DNA from: Nageia nagi
Taxonomy: Eukaryota; Plantae; Pinophyta
Assembly: GCA_050084985.1 (NCBI GenBank)
Contig: JBITNC010000002.1
Span: 34,658,001 to 34,722,000, forward strand
Direction of reading: 5' to 3'
Length of the DNA: 64,000 bases
Part shown: positions 51,401 to 63,640 of the stretch, piece after piece
How positions within the stretch are numbered: the stretch's first letter is position 1
Layout of the letters: every line of letters starts with the position of its first letter
Program-made: the position numbers and the translations under genes
Notes under the pieces: generated by a model
Seen by the model: only the letters and a program-made list of their open reading frames with translations
The model's database searches: none
Told to the model about the DNA's origin: nothing

Positions 51401-54400
51401 TCTCATACTGAGAAGATGAAATTGAGTGGTTTTAGTGACTCGGATTTGGGTAGCAACTTGGATGATCGGAAGTCTACTTCTGATAATTGTTTCTCACTTG
51501 GATCAGGGCTGATCATTTGGAGTTCAAGAAAGCAAGGATCAATTGCACTCACTTCCACCAAGGCTAAGTACACTGCAGTCACTTCAACAGAAGCACAAGC
51601 CTTGTAGCTTCGAAAAGTTTTGGAGGAGATTGGTGAGAAGCAATATGGATCTACTTTAATTTTTTGTGACAACATGTGTCATTTAGTTGGCACAAAATTG
51701 AATCCACCATAGTCAATCTAAACACTTTGATTTGAAGTATCATTTCATTCGTAAGATGGTGGAGAAGAAATAGATTGAACTAAGGTGTTGTAGCACCCAT
51801 GATCAACTTGTTGATATCTTCATGAAAGGGGTGGCTAAAGCTCAGTTTTTCAAGTTGAGAAACTCACTTGTGAGTCCTCACAGCATCAAGGGGCAAAATG
51901 TTGGAATATTCCCGGAGTTGCACGGCATCCACACCTTAATTTCACTGATTTCAGGGTGTTCACATCATTCGTCCTCCATCCACATCGTTCATTCTTTGTA
52001 GATGTTATTTATTTTTCAGTTTGAGTAATTGTAGGTTGAGAGTGTTTTGTCTCATCTTCCGGATCGATTCTTCTTCTCTTTGGATTGTATAGTTGTATTA
52101 TTGTATAGTTATTGTATTGGGTTGTTCTAGAACTGGATATAGTTGAGAGTTCATTTTTGTTGTAGTAGTTCGAGCATTTGATGTAATGTTTTGTTGTTGA
52201 AGTGAATATACAACTCCATTATTATCCATTGTTGAGCTGGTTCATTGCTTGTATTTGCTCCATATTGTAAATGTTCATTTATTTGTTTTGTCTATAATCT
52301 TCAAAGAGCTAATAGAAAACACTGGGATCAAAAATTTATTTCCACAAAAATCCTTTTCTGACAAAGCACTTGATATCTTGCACAGTAAAACTGAACAATG
52401 TGATTGTTACTCATGCCAAACCTGCATGTAGGAATAATTTCACTCTCTACATCACGTGTCCACAAAGACCATTCAAGTTGAACAGCTGTTATAGGATGCA
52501 CAGCATGAGCTCGTCTAATGGTATCCACACTGGCTTCAGAGAGCCCGATATATTTTATCTTTCCCTCTTCTACAAGCTTCTTGAGTTCCCATACCTGTAT
52601 CAAAGACCAGTACTTGCCTTGTAGAATATACACAGTGATTATATTTAAAAAGCAAATATAATATATGAAACATGTTATCAGTCTCAAAAGCTAGATGTTA
52701 TATTGCAAGAATAAAGAACCCAAACCAAGTAGTTTTGATGCTAAATAATCTAATCACACAAATAATTCAAAACAGAGAACTGTCAAGGGTATAAAATAAA
52801 AAGTATAAAGAAAAAAAAAGCCTAAGAAATTCTCAATGAAAGAAAGAAAATATATTAATGTCCACGGGTGACCAAAAACTGTACAGATCTTGATATGACA
52901 GCTTAAAATACTGTGGAAATAGTTTAAGCACTTGCAAAACAGTGTATTTGTTCCATTCTCTTAAAAAAAGTATTGATGCCCAGAGTTCATCAATTTACTA
53001 GCTATGACTAAAATAGAGATTTTCATATGAATTAATTGGAATCAACTGTTTTTTTTTTTCAATTAGTGGTAAACCCCCTTTTTAAATTTTGGAGAAACGT
53101 GCTTAAACTCCCTTTACATATTCTAACATGTAGGGGTGGGAAGATTTGAACCGGGGCCTCCCATTATTCCCCAACTCCCTTAACATGGGTGGACATGACT
53201 CAATAGCTTTATTATTTTATATGTTTTTTTGAATAAATCTTGTTCTACATACAGGATACTGCAGAAGCTTCTCTCATTGCATGGACACCAAGAAAAGGAG
53301 ATTGAACTCAAAACATACAATTGCTGATATCCTGGTTTAATTCAGCATCTACAGCAAAGAGGCAGGAAAAAGTAAGATTGGTAATTGAAAGTCAACTCAT
53401 CTTCAGGAACAGGAAAGATTTGATTTTCAACATCAGTATAACTCATCAATAGCATGTAATAAATATTCACACAAAGAACTTCAAATAAATAAAAAGATTT
53501 CAATAAGCATAACGATTTTTTCCGACAATGCATAAGGTTAATTGTAAAAGATATAACAAGGCATTTGAAAGTTAACTGTAAGTGAATTTGATGCTTTACA
53601 AATTATTAAATTCAAATGATTCCCTCAAAATTCAAATAATGATAAATTTTATTTGAAATGCACTCATAATTTGATTGTTTATAATGCAGTTGCACTTCCT
53701 AAGTATATAAGTTGAGCATGCCTAATATCGCAATTGGGACTCTGCTAACTGTTCCAACGCATGTTCAAGTGGCTAGCACTTTTCTTCTGAAGAGCATAAA
53801 GAAATCCTGTGAAGTATTAACTACAGCTATGCTGAGTGGGCAACCAATTCCACAGGATTTGTTGATCAATAAAAACTTGCTTTAGTGGTCAACTGATATT
53901 ACTTTTTATGATGTAAACTGCTACGCAATTGACACCCATAACGTGAGATTTCAATTCAGCAAGTTCAATTAAACTAAAGTTAAGGATCACACAAGTAGTT
54001 CTGAGACCAAATTGAAGACCACTTAGACCAGCAAAAGTGAAGATTTTCTAAATTAATACCGACAATGTGAAGGCATCCTGAAAATTTTCATCTCCTTACA
54101 TAATTTTTCATACACAGACAATGCTTTGATGCAAGTGAAATTGCACTCTCTTGAATACACTGGACAGCCTACAGCATGGCATATGGCTTACATCAGTTTA
54201 AAAAGTCCCAGTATTTGGGATCGCTCTCTCTTGAGCAACTTGCAAACACTACTAGCGAGAAAGGGCAACAGTAAATTAGCAATGTAATTAAAAGTGGCAT
54301 TTCCTCTCTCGATCATAGGCTATTACTGCATTGCATAAACATCACACAATATTGGAAAAAAGTAAATAGAAAATCATAAGAACAAAATTGACTAGATTTA

Positions 54401-56163
54401 TGGTAGTGCATGATAAATGAAAACCTTACAGTTTCTTCTATTGGAACGGTAGTATCCACCCGATGCTGGTAATAAAGATCGATGTATTCTACGTCAAGAC
54501 GCTTCAAACTGTCCTCACAAGCTTTTCGTACATAGTCTGATGAACCTTTAACTTGTATGACACCATCTATCCTAACATTGCCAAATTTAGTGGCAAGTTG
54601 AACTTTCTCACGAGGCAACCTTTTCAAGGCCTGTTGAGGAGAAAAAGGAAAGAATAAGTTACACGAACATTCAACAAACAGTGATTGTTATCTTCTTTTA
54701 ATTTTCTTATACTCCACTCCCCTTCAGAAATAACAGTTCCCATAGGGTGAATACCCAGAATCTAAGAATAATTTGTTCTGCATCATGGCCGTCTACATTT
54801 ACTTTCTCTTAACCCTTTAAAACTGGATGAGCATAACAATATTGTCTAAGGAAAAAGCCGAGAATAATAGAGCATGGCTAACTCAATATTTACAGTTGGT
54901 CAGAGGTTTTGTCTGTTCATGTCAAAAAATGATATTTGAATTGATTTTTTTATAGAAATATATTTTATAGAAGTAGCAGTAACAAATAAGTAATCTTTAA
55001 ATTGTTATTCTCCAAGAGCACCAAGTAAATTAGAATATGGTGAAGTACAAATACACAGAAATTCACATAGGAAGTACATATAAAGGAGTGTGCATGTTAA
55101 TATGGAATATTAAGTTCTACTATGGACAGAATAAGATCATTACACTAGAATTTAATATCATCAACTTTAAATATATCTAGTTCATGCAGTGGCTGCAAAC
55201 TTGCAATCACATATGATAGGATGGATAGTGCTAAATAGAAAGAAAGAAATATAATTGATGTCCACAAGTAACTAGACTAGGTCAATGGGGCAGAAATAAA
55301 ACATGTGGGTACAAATCATTCTTTTAAACCAAAAGTGTAATCTCAAATACAAAAGAAGTAAAAAAAATTACGATGCTAAAGCATGATCAAAATATGTTTC
55401 CAGTAGTATGTGAGAATTGTCAATAAAAATAGCACAAATGTTATAAGATGAGTCTAGACTCTAAACAATATTAGCATGTTGAGTGGTAGAAGACCTGCAG
55501 TCAGCATCAATCATCTCAAAGGAGCAAATTCAAGACCCTATTATGCTTGTGGGAGGGTGGCCAAGGCTGAGTGGAGGCCAATGAGACAGTAAAAGAGCCC
55601 CCTTAAATGTCTCATAAAAAGCTTTGAAGACATTTGCTTCAGAAATTGCTATCAGAAAGTTTATGTAATTGCATATATTCATATTGCCACAAAAGGAAAC
55701 AAATTTTGAACATACCTTGCCAACCAACACCTCATTTGTGAAAGGTCCATAAATGTCTGCAGTGTCAAAAAATGTAATGCCTTTGTTGAAAGCATGCTGA
55801 ATTAAAGCTATACCTTCTTCCTCGGAAATCCGTGAATCATATCCTATACGTCCCAAACCAAGCTTAGAAATCTGTTTGAAGTGTAAAACAAGAATTAACA
55901 TAAAAAGTAGTACAGTTAGGATAGAAGCAGAAAAATCACTCTTCTAAAACCTGCTCCTCTTATAGTAAAAATAAAAAAGAAATTTGGATGGATGATTTGA
56001 AGTTCAAAATCTAAGACATTATCATTATAATTTACATAATTCAGTTTGAATCTGAGTTCAAAACTTGAATTCCGTCACAAATGAGAAGAAATAGATATGA
56101 ATTGAGTTGAGAAATTACCAGAAGTCCTTGAGTGCCTAGCTGAATTTGTGGAACAGACAACAT
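39494..56163 (-). CDS. Aldo-keto reductase (plant AKR13/IN2-2/perakine-reductase-like); exons 56163-56119, 55871-55716, 54630-54430, 52594-52422, 46077-45978, 39935-39782, 39681-39494; 338 aa
   Basis: All introns GT-AG with consistent phases; exon sum 1017 nt. Motifs [15 protein letters not shown] (D,Y), ATKFG (K), DLYYQHR (H), [31 protein letters not shown]. Confidence 0.93.
42315..42590 (+). repeat. Low-complexity TTGTAA/TGCTTRTTTG tandem array in AKR intron 5
   Basis: Repeated TTGTAACAATTGTAAACTTGTAA. Confidence 0.75.
43107..45181 (-). mobile_element. ~2.1-kb solo LTR (copia, SIRE/Maximus-like terminus)
   Basis: TGTTGGA...CACTGAGAGGGGGG...GTGAATCAGTG terminus; possible TSD CATGG/CAAGG (4/5); internal ~21-bp tandem repeat; no pol. 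Right end is approximate. Confidence 0.6.
44680..44870 (+). repeat. ~20-21 bp tandem repeat (TGCATTGTCGG-ACATCATC/CCTTCACC) within the solo LTR
   Basis: About 9 units of CATTGTCG; explains overlapping repetitive ORFs at 44649-44916. Confidence 0.85.
45475..45712 (+). repeat. ~75-85 bp degenerate tandem repeat, 3 units
   Basis: GCACCCTCTARGTATKTGTATYGTTTYCAT...AACAAATAG repeated. Confidence 0.7.
47035..47833. repeat. Unidentified decayed coding-like sequence, copy C (internally deleted), in AKR intron 4
   Basis: Colinear with 14695-15823 but lacks the segment corresponding to ~15190-15580. Confidence 0.75.
47869..52303 (+). mobile_element. Ty1/copia LTR retrotransposon with both LTRs, internally deleted, antisense within AKR intron 4
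   Basis: LTRs 47869-48276 and 51899-52303; TSD AAGAG (47864-47868 / 52304-52308); degenerate PBS CGGTATCAAAG (~48280); PPT AAGGGGCAAAA. Gag [16 protein letters not shown]; [25 protein letters not shown]; RH GFSDSD. Confidence 0.92.
49064..49834. mobile_element. Non-autonomous hAT-like DNA transposon nested in the copia
   Basis: Imperfect TIRs CAAAGTTGTTAG / GCTAATTTTG; AATCGG/CCGATT-type subterminal motifs; non-copia sequence between gag and the pre-integrase region. Confidence 0.6.
53049..53200 (-). mobile_element. tRNA-derived SINE-like element in AKR intron 3
   Basis: Minus strand GGAGGCCCCGGTTCAAATC (B-box-like), ending in poly(A) (T-run 53049-53059). Confidence 0.55.
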
Positions 56164-56239
56164 CCTCTCTCTCTCTGAGTATTGACAGAATTTTTCTGTC
56201 TTGCTTCAGATTTATCGCATAGTGAATGTCCCAACAGAG

Positions 56240-56294
56240 ATTTATAGCATATTGTCGTACGGTAATCTAGAGTAAAAGAATCCGATGACGTGGC
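56240..56294 (-). promoter_or_regulatory. AKR core promoter: TATA box plus TGACG/ABRE composite
   Basis: TATAAAT on the minus strand at 56246-56240, ~80 bp upstream of the ATG; TGACGTGGC at 56286-56294. Confidence 0.55.
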
Positions 56295-57479
56295 GGGGTT
56301 TACTGTGGAATATTGAAAATGTGATAATTGGGTTATTTATTTATTATATGTATGGATACAAATTTGGGATTTTTAAGATGTTGTATTATATGTATGAGAT
56401 ATTAAATGAATATTGGACTTAGTTTGATAGTTATTTTAGATTCATTAAATTTTATATTAATTAACTTAAGTATGGATAATTAATATAGAATATTTATTAA
56501 GATGGCATAAGGTACTCAATCAACTTAAAAGGAAGAGATGTTAGTATTGAACAAAGTTGAATAGAGTAATAGTTAAAATGGTGAAGGATTTTTTTATCAT
56601 ATTACATATTTACCATGTAATTTATGTAATGACTTGTTATTAACAAGGTGTATACATTAGTGGTGACTAACTGCGAAGGAATATTATGTGAGTGTGATAT
56701 AATATTGTGTAAGTGGGTGTGTGTTAGAAATAGGTGTAAAGAATATGTTATTTATAAGGAATATGTCATATGTAAAGAATAAAAGGAGATGGCATGTGTG
56801 GGAAGGCATGTGTAAAATTTATAAAAGGCCATGAATGCAACCAAAAAGGTTTGCTTGTAAAATTGTATTATATTTATGCAAAGGAGGTTGCCCCCTCAAA
56901 GAGACCCGTGATATTACAATAAAATATATCTCTTCCATGTCATTTCGATGTGTTATTTAGTTTATTTATCATCCATTTTATATTATGTAACTATCATATT
57001 TGTACTGCTAAGTTGTTTCCTTCGTACTGTTAAGTTGTTTTCACCATAGAATACATGTTATATTATGTAACTATCCTATTTAGTTTATTTGCCATCCATT
57101 TCATATTATGTAACTATCATATTTAGTTTATTTACCATTCTTATTTTATTTGATCTAGCTATTGCGAAATTGGTGAGGAGATTTCTTGTAGTGTTTTTGG
57201 TTCTTCAAATTTGTGAGAAAGAGCATAAACTACCATATTTTCCTTCCCCTTTTGATACACAATCTCATAATCATATCCAAATAGTTTAGTAACCCAATTT
57301 TGTTGCTCAAAAGTGGAGATATGTTATTTCATAAAATACATCAAACTATGATGTCCTATGTAGATAAGAAAATATCGATCAATGAGATATGACCACCATC
57401 GTTTAGATAGCATGAATGATTACTAACATCCCTTTTTTCATTTGTGGATTTGGCCAAATGTCTCCCATAAAGTACCTTT

Positions 57480-58260
57480 CTAGTGGAAGCCAAGGATATT
57501 CCTTATTGCATAGTAACTACAATAACTTCTAGTTTAGAAGCATCACTTTCAATCACAAAGGTCTTGAAAAGGTCAACTATATCTAGTACTAGGGTGAAGC
57601 ACATAGCTTCCTTAAGTTTATTAAAATCATCTTCAACATTGGAGGACTAAACAAAAACATTCTTATTTAGTAAGGATGTCAATGTGGCTACAATTTTACC
57701 AAAGTCCTTTATGAACTTATGGTAAAAATCAATCAATCCAAGGAATCCACATAAACTTTTCAATGATTTGGGAATATTAGGCCAACTCTTCATATCTTCA
57801 AATTTTTGAGTATCCACCTTGACTCCTAAAATAATATGTTTCAAATACTCAATCTCACTTTGCCCAAAAGAACACTTTGAATGTTTGAAATACACTTGGT
57901 TATCTCGTAGGACTTATAGGATTTGATATAATTGAGTCAAATGGTTCTCCCAAGTTTTATTATAAACCAAAATTTCATCAAAGAAAACCAAAATAAATTT
58001 TGTAAGATAAGGGTGAAATACCTGGTTCATCTAACTTTGGAAAGTAGAAGGAGTATTGGTAAGACTAAATGGCATGACCAAAAATTCATAGTGGCTCTCA
58101 TGTGTGAAAAAATTTATTTTAGGAATATCCTCTTCTTTAATTTTGATTTGATGATACCTTGACCATAGGTCCAATTTTGAAAAGTACTTAGCCCCATGTA
58201 GTTCATCCAATACTTCATCAATAAGATTGAAACATCATCGTCATTTATCCGAGATAGAAA
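57480..58260 (-). mobile_element. Ty3/gypsy RT-RH fragment
   Basis: [14 protein letters not shown]...YHQI...[13 protein letters not shown]...LVFFDEILVY...SKCSFGQSEIEYL...GFLGL...TFVIESDAS. Confidence 0.85.
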
Positions 58261-58879
58261 AATCATGCAAAGAAATGCTCATGGGAGACAGATGCCTAGC
58301 AACACTGAGGATGGATCGTGCTTAGGGAGGTTGCTGCAATGTTGATGTTGGTGGAAGAGTTGTGCGAGGTCAAGGTAGAAGGGGTCAGAGAGCGGGTAGA
58401 AACTCAAAAGGCAAATTTAGATCATAATTTGATTCCATAAACTATTCCAATAAAATCATGTAAAACCTAGATGTTTTTTTAATTCATTGCAATATAGTTC
58501 CATAAATTGTTCTAGCAAATGCTTTGTTTACAAATGAGGATGAACCGCATGACCAACATCAGTAGCTACTAACCTCATTATAAATCAAGCTTTAGATGCA
58601 CAACAGTGAACAAAACTAAGAAATTTGTCATTGTAGCACCAAGTACTTAACTCTTCTAAGTTATTTAGAGAGTTTTAATTCTTATGATAAAAAATGAATA
58701 GGGTTTCGAAGAAACTGAGAAATCTCGTTAGTGGGAGCTCACTGCAAATACAACTGCTTTATAGTATAAACCCAGAAGCCTCCATAAAACCATTCATTCT
58801 TAATATCAATACAAAGAGAAATATAATATGAGATTCAGAAAGAATAATTAGCATGATGCCTATGAATCAATAGTTAGCA

Positions 58880-59320
58880 AACGAGATGCACCTAGATAAT
58901 TGCATTTTCTTAAAAGTCTCCAAGCCCTTCTCAGACAACCTATTTCATGTATATCCTACGACCATTACAATCCATGAGAATGCATTTCAATGAGGCATCT
59001 TGTCAAACAATTCCCAAGCATTGTGTATTCTTCCAAGTTTTGTATACATGGCTATCATGGAAATCACAACCACAACATATGAAAAACCATTTTCAACTAC
59101 TCTTGATGGATGACCATACCTTCTTCTAGAGCTCCCTACATGTTGGAAGAATGTTGATAAAAGTTGTAGAGTCTCACTTTACTCTTAACAATTGCATTTT
59201 CTTAAAAGTCTTCATGTTCTTATAAGAAACCCATTTTGTGCATACCAAATGAGCATATCAAGCGATCATTGCATTTCATAAAGTTGTGCTTGCATCATGC
59301 ATTTTGTTGCTTCAGCAAGT
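58880..59320 (-). pseudogene. PLS-class PPR fragment
   Basis: MYTKLGRIHNAWELFDKMPH*NAFSWIVMVVGYT*NRLSEKGLETFKKMQL, preceded by YAQNG...TFINILPTC. Confidence 0.8.
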
Positions 59321-59379
59321 CATTAATTCAAATTAAAATAATTTCCCACCTTAGTCACTCTTAATTCAAATTCAAAAAA

Positions 59380-59592
59380 ATTTGATATATGCACATGATA
59401 TCATTCTTGTCAGAAAGTAGCTTACTGAAAATATGCTTGATATACATACATAATATATCAAATGATATATGCATATCACATATTTGATATATGCACAAGC
59501 TTTATTTATATACTCATATCACATATTCAATATATGCACAAGATATCATCTTTGCCAGAATGTAGGTCATCAAAAATATATTTGATATACAC

Positions 59593-59623
<31 letters not shown>

Positions 59624-59835
59624 GAGAATATCATTTTTGCCAAAAAGTAGATCGTCGAAAATACACTTGATATACACATAATATATATATATATATGAGA
59701 ATATCATTCTCTCCAAAAAGTAAGTTATCAAAAATATACTTTATATATGTACGTAATATACATAATCATATATGCATAAATTTTAGTTACATTGGAAAAA
59801 GGTTCTGCCAAAAATTGATTGATATACACACAATA
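59380..59835 (+). repeat. AT-rich degenerate tandem repeat with (TA)n microsatellites
   Basis: ATATCAT...AAAAGTAG...AAAATAYRYTTGATATAC recurs 4-5 times; (TA)n at ~59593-59619 and ~59681-59696. Confidence 0.75.
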
Positions 59836-60222
59836 TAATAGAGCAGAGCAAAGGTATTGGGTGATGGGCAGTTGGTAGTGGTAGGATTTTTATATAGGCA
59901 CAAAGTTTGTGGTCACATTTGGGCCTCGGATATTCTTCTCTTTATAAATTTACCATTAATCTTTTCAAAATTTAAGAAGACGAAAGGGAAGATTTATGAA
60001 TGCTTTAAACACCATTCCAAATATTTTAAGTTCACCATAGAAATTAAATGATTAAATAATATTTTGAGAATAGTCCCAATGAATAAATAAAAGTTGAACA
60101 ATACCATCAACAAAAATTCAATTTAACCTTCATTAACACTTGAAATTCATCATGCTTTTATATTTAAGAAAAAATTACCTTAACACATCTTAAATTATAT
60201 CATCTCTTTTTTTTTATCTTAA

Positions 60223-60558
60223 TGCTAGAAGAGTTATATGTAAACTTATTATTGAATTATAGTGCAGAAATGAACTAATCAGAATACAACAATCTCACAA
60301 ACACAAGGAACATACGAGATTTACCTTGGTTCACCCAATGTGAGCTACTTGAGCATGTCAAAAGCTTCTCCTCTTTCTACATTATTACTTACAATGAATA
60401 CAATCCGCCACAATTAGCTCATTACAATGGAAAACCCTAAACCACAATAGAAAATCATGGGCTAAACCATCCATCTTCACAATAAGATGAAACCTTGGAA
60501 ATTCCACCAACATCCGATGTATAGTACTTCCTCTGCAAAGGATGAGCCATATTCAACA
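60223..60558. mobile_element. ~336-bp LTR-like insertion (TG...CA)
   Basis: Absent from the paralogous flank at ~38610; contains GATTTACCTTGGTTCACCC, typical of copia LTRs; no clean TSD. Confidence 0.5.
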
Positions 60559-61338
60559 AATTTGAAAATATGTATCTTATAGTTAAATTGGTAAATTCAA
60601 CAAAAGAAGTAATTTTAAAAAATGTATATACTAAAAGTTAAATTTTTGTTATACATTAGCATTTGACATGGATGGTTACATCAAATGTTTTGAAAAAAAC
60701 ACCATAGACAACTTTCAAAAGACTTTATATTTTCTAATATCTAAAGTAGATCCTTACGTTTCATTTATGTATGTAAACTATTGATAACAATATACATTAT
60801 AAACCATATTTATCTTTCTTTTTTTATGGGAAACTATGTTCGTCGAAGTCACTCAAGACTTACACTTGACCTCAACCATACTTACAATTTTCTATAGAAT
60901 GTTGGGATATCCTCCACATGTTAAAAAGTAAATCATATTTATCTTGATTCATAAGTAGAAATGAATTTATATTACTATACATCTTATTATTGAAAAAAAT
61001 AATAATAATAACATAAATAAATAAATGTATCAATTAAATGATTTACTATTCAATTGATTGTGTTAAAATTACGCCACATTGTTTAAATATTGTGTTTATA
61101 TATACAATATCTAATTCTTTAATACATCAATCCATATAATTAACCACTTTTTTATGAATGGGATAGATGTAGAATAGTCTAAAATAAAGCAACATAAGTA
61201 ATTATAAATCTCTACCTATTTCATTTTTTTTAAGTTATAAATATCATATGAATCTACAATTTCTATAACATCTCTGCAACAGTTGAAGATTCACTCCTAG
61301 GGCTCAGGACACAATGGTCAAGCAGACAATGCAAATAC

Positions 61339-61771
61339 TCAATTCCCTTTTGGTCGAGGGGTATTTGCAAACTGCCATGTCCTTTCGTATTGAACTCCAG
61401 TAAACCTCATGCCTGCGACCTCATGTTCTGGAACAGCTGAAGTGATCTCATTCGGTTCTTGCTGTGATAATTTTATTTCTAAAGATGCAATATTTTCATC
61501 AAAATGTTTTATTTTGGTTGTTCCTGCAGCCAAAAGTAGCATACAATCAATTTAACAAAAACACCTTCAAGTATAAACACATTTTAATTCCAAGGTGAAA
61601 TGCATTATTTGGTATTGTTACCTGGAATGGGGGCAACATCATTGCCTTGGTGAAGCAACCATGCAAGAGCTAGTTGTGCAGGTGTACAATCACGTTTCTT
61701 AGTCCAGAAACTCGTTCATACAGTACTTTATTCTTCTCCAAGTTCTCTCCTTCAAATCGTGGCTGTGGGAC
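61339..61771 (-). pseudogene. Aldo-keto reductase paralog, last two exons (61771-61622, 61523-61339); upstream exons lie beyond the window; frameshifted
   Basis: High similarity to AKR exons 6-7. Exon 6 is 150 vs 154 nt (CAAG missing at ~61702), giving a premature TAG. Confidence 0.85.
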
Positions 61772-63219
61772 CTAGCCACATATAATAGTGAAAAAATAAT
61801 AAATACATAAAAATGGAAGTTTTTTACAATCTTTATAAACATTCTCAGCTAGTACTGAAGAATTACAGAGATTTTGCAATTAAAACAATTTTGTGGTTCT
61901 CTTTCAGTGATCTTCGTGACAACTATGATTCTTGTTGCAGTTTCCTGCTATGGTATGAAAAACTTTTGGAAATCATTGCAAAAAGGGAATTGCAGAGTAA
62001 TCCAACGATATTGCTATTGTTGAGGTTCACATTGATGACAAATACTGACTTGAGTTTACACCTTTAATTAAAACATCTTTAGACTCTTAGGGCAACAATG
62101 TCTTTCAGAAGCTCATAATGAAAAAAGATATGGACTAACAAAGCCTGTCATGAAGCCAGAAACATCCTTCCTTGTAGTCCTGGCTAAATGATGTGTACTT
62201 TGGAAGTTTGGAACAGAACAGTCCTATGCCCGGGAATATAAATTACGTTTAGTGCTTACTAATTCTGCCACCAGCAAATACATTAGAGCTCTTCAATTAT
62301 GAAGTTGAATAACTTCACAGGTATTGAAACTCTAGTGCAAATGCAAGACAAGTTGCTAATAGATGCACACCTTTAATGTGAGTGAAATGAGGATTGTCAC
62401 CATGGAAAAATTTGAAGATATATAAAGTAAACCAATTCTTCGATATTTATCATAGATATTTTAATACTCTTTGTTGGGTTTGTAGCAATCATAATTAGCA
62501 GGTTAAGCTTGATATTCTATATTTTATGTAACATTTGAATGAGACCACCTTTAGTTAGATTCTTTTAAGTTAAAGAACTCCACATATCCACCGCATGATA
62601 AATTTGAGAGTGTGTATTTTCTAGGCTTGTCTAGCACTGGTACATTTAACCAATTCAAGATAATCTACACAGGCATGGAAAGTAAATAACATCTAGAAAT
62701 AGGATATAGCTCAGAAAAGATCCACCAGTTGGGAAAATCATTATAGTTTGCAACTAAACTATTGACAAATTCTAAAAGGAACTATACAATAACAAAACAA
62801 GAAGGTTTAGCAATGGGTTTATATAGCCCAGTAGTTTAAACGCATTCTTCTTGCCAAATCCATTTGTATCATTGTCGTACTGAACCAACAAGACAATGAT
62901 CTCTCGAAGAATCTCATGATATATTCCCCTCTAACAGGATTTCACATATCAATTGTTTTCCAAAAAGTAAACTCAAGTGATAGATGATCATCTATGAAAG
63001 ACTAGGATAAGGGAAGATTCCATGGACATAAATGGTGAAAGTTTGAACTATGGTGGTTTAGATTAGCAGTGCTGTCATAGATGCACAAAGATAAATACTT
63101 ATCAACAGGATTATTTCCCTTCAAAGAGCCAATTCACAACAGAATGAAGATCATGATAAAAATCCAAGAATTATAACCTAATCAACAACCTATAATATTG
63201 TGAAATTATTCTTTTTGAA

Positions 63220-63640
63220 ATACTAGTGTGGAAGCGAGAGCATGGAAGGAAATGGGCAGACTGGTGCAGAATGGAATGGTAGAGAATCCATGGGACCCTT
63301 GTAGAACTCTAATCCTAGGGCAGACACTGGACCCTCAGGAATAGTGATATGTCGAACTGACCCAAGAGTTCTGAGATCACATGGGCATGCTCCCCCTAAC
63401 CCAACTGCCAATGGCGGGAGATCTTGGGCGAATGTTGTTCAAGGTAGCCCGCAGCAAATATGAAAGACCCCGTGTTTTGACTTACATCTGCACCAAGGTC
63501 AGCTCCATATCCCTGTGGGTTTTCTTAGTTCTGCAATCAATAGAGGTGTGTTTGACCTAGTGGGGAAGTTTTTTGGCCAACGACCTGACTTGGAATCTCT
63601 AAGGAGATGGGTCTTCCAAAAATAGAGACCACTCATGCTG
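63220..63640 (+). mobile_element. L1-type LINE ORF1 (DUF4283) 5' fragment in the intron of the second AKR
   Basis: RSWANVVQG and LVGKFFGQRPDLESLRRWV motifs. Confidence 0.7.

Noticed and set aside
56590-57185. Possible LTR upstream of AKR
   Set aside because: AT-rich with TG start and TATA-like motifs, but no partner LTR, clear PBS or TSD could be established.
12784-61771. DUF642 plus AKR as a biosynthetic gene cluster
   Set aside because: Only two unrelated tandem families, with no scaffold-forming enzyme or co-regulation evidence in the window.
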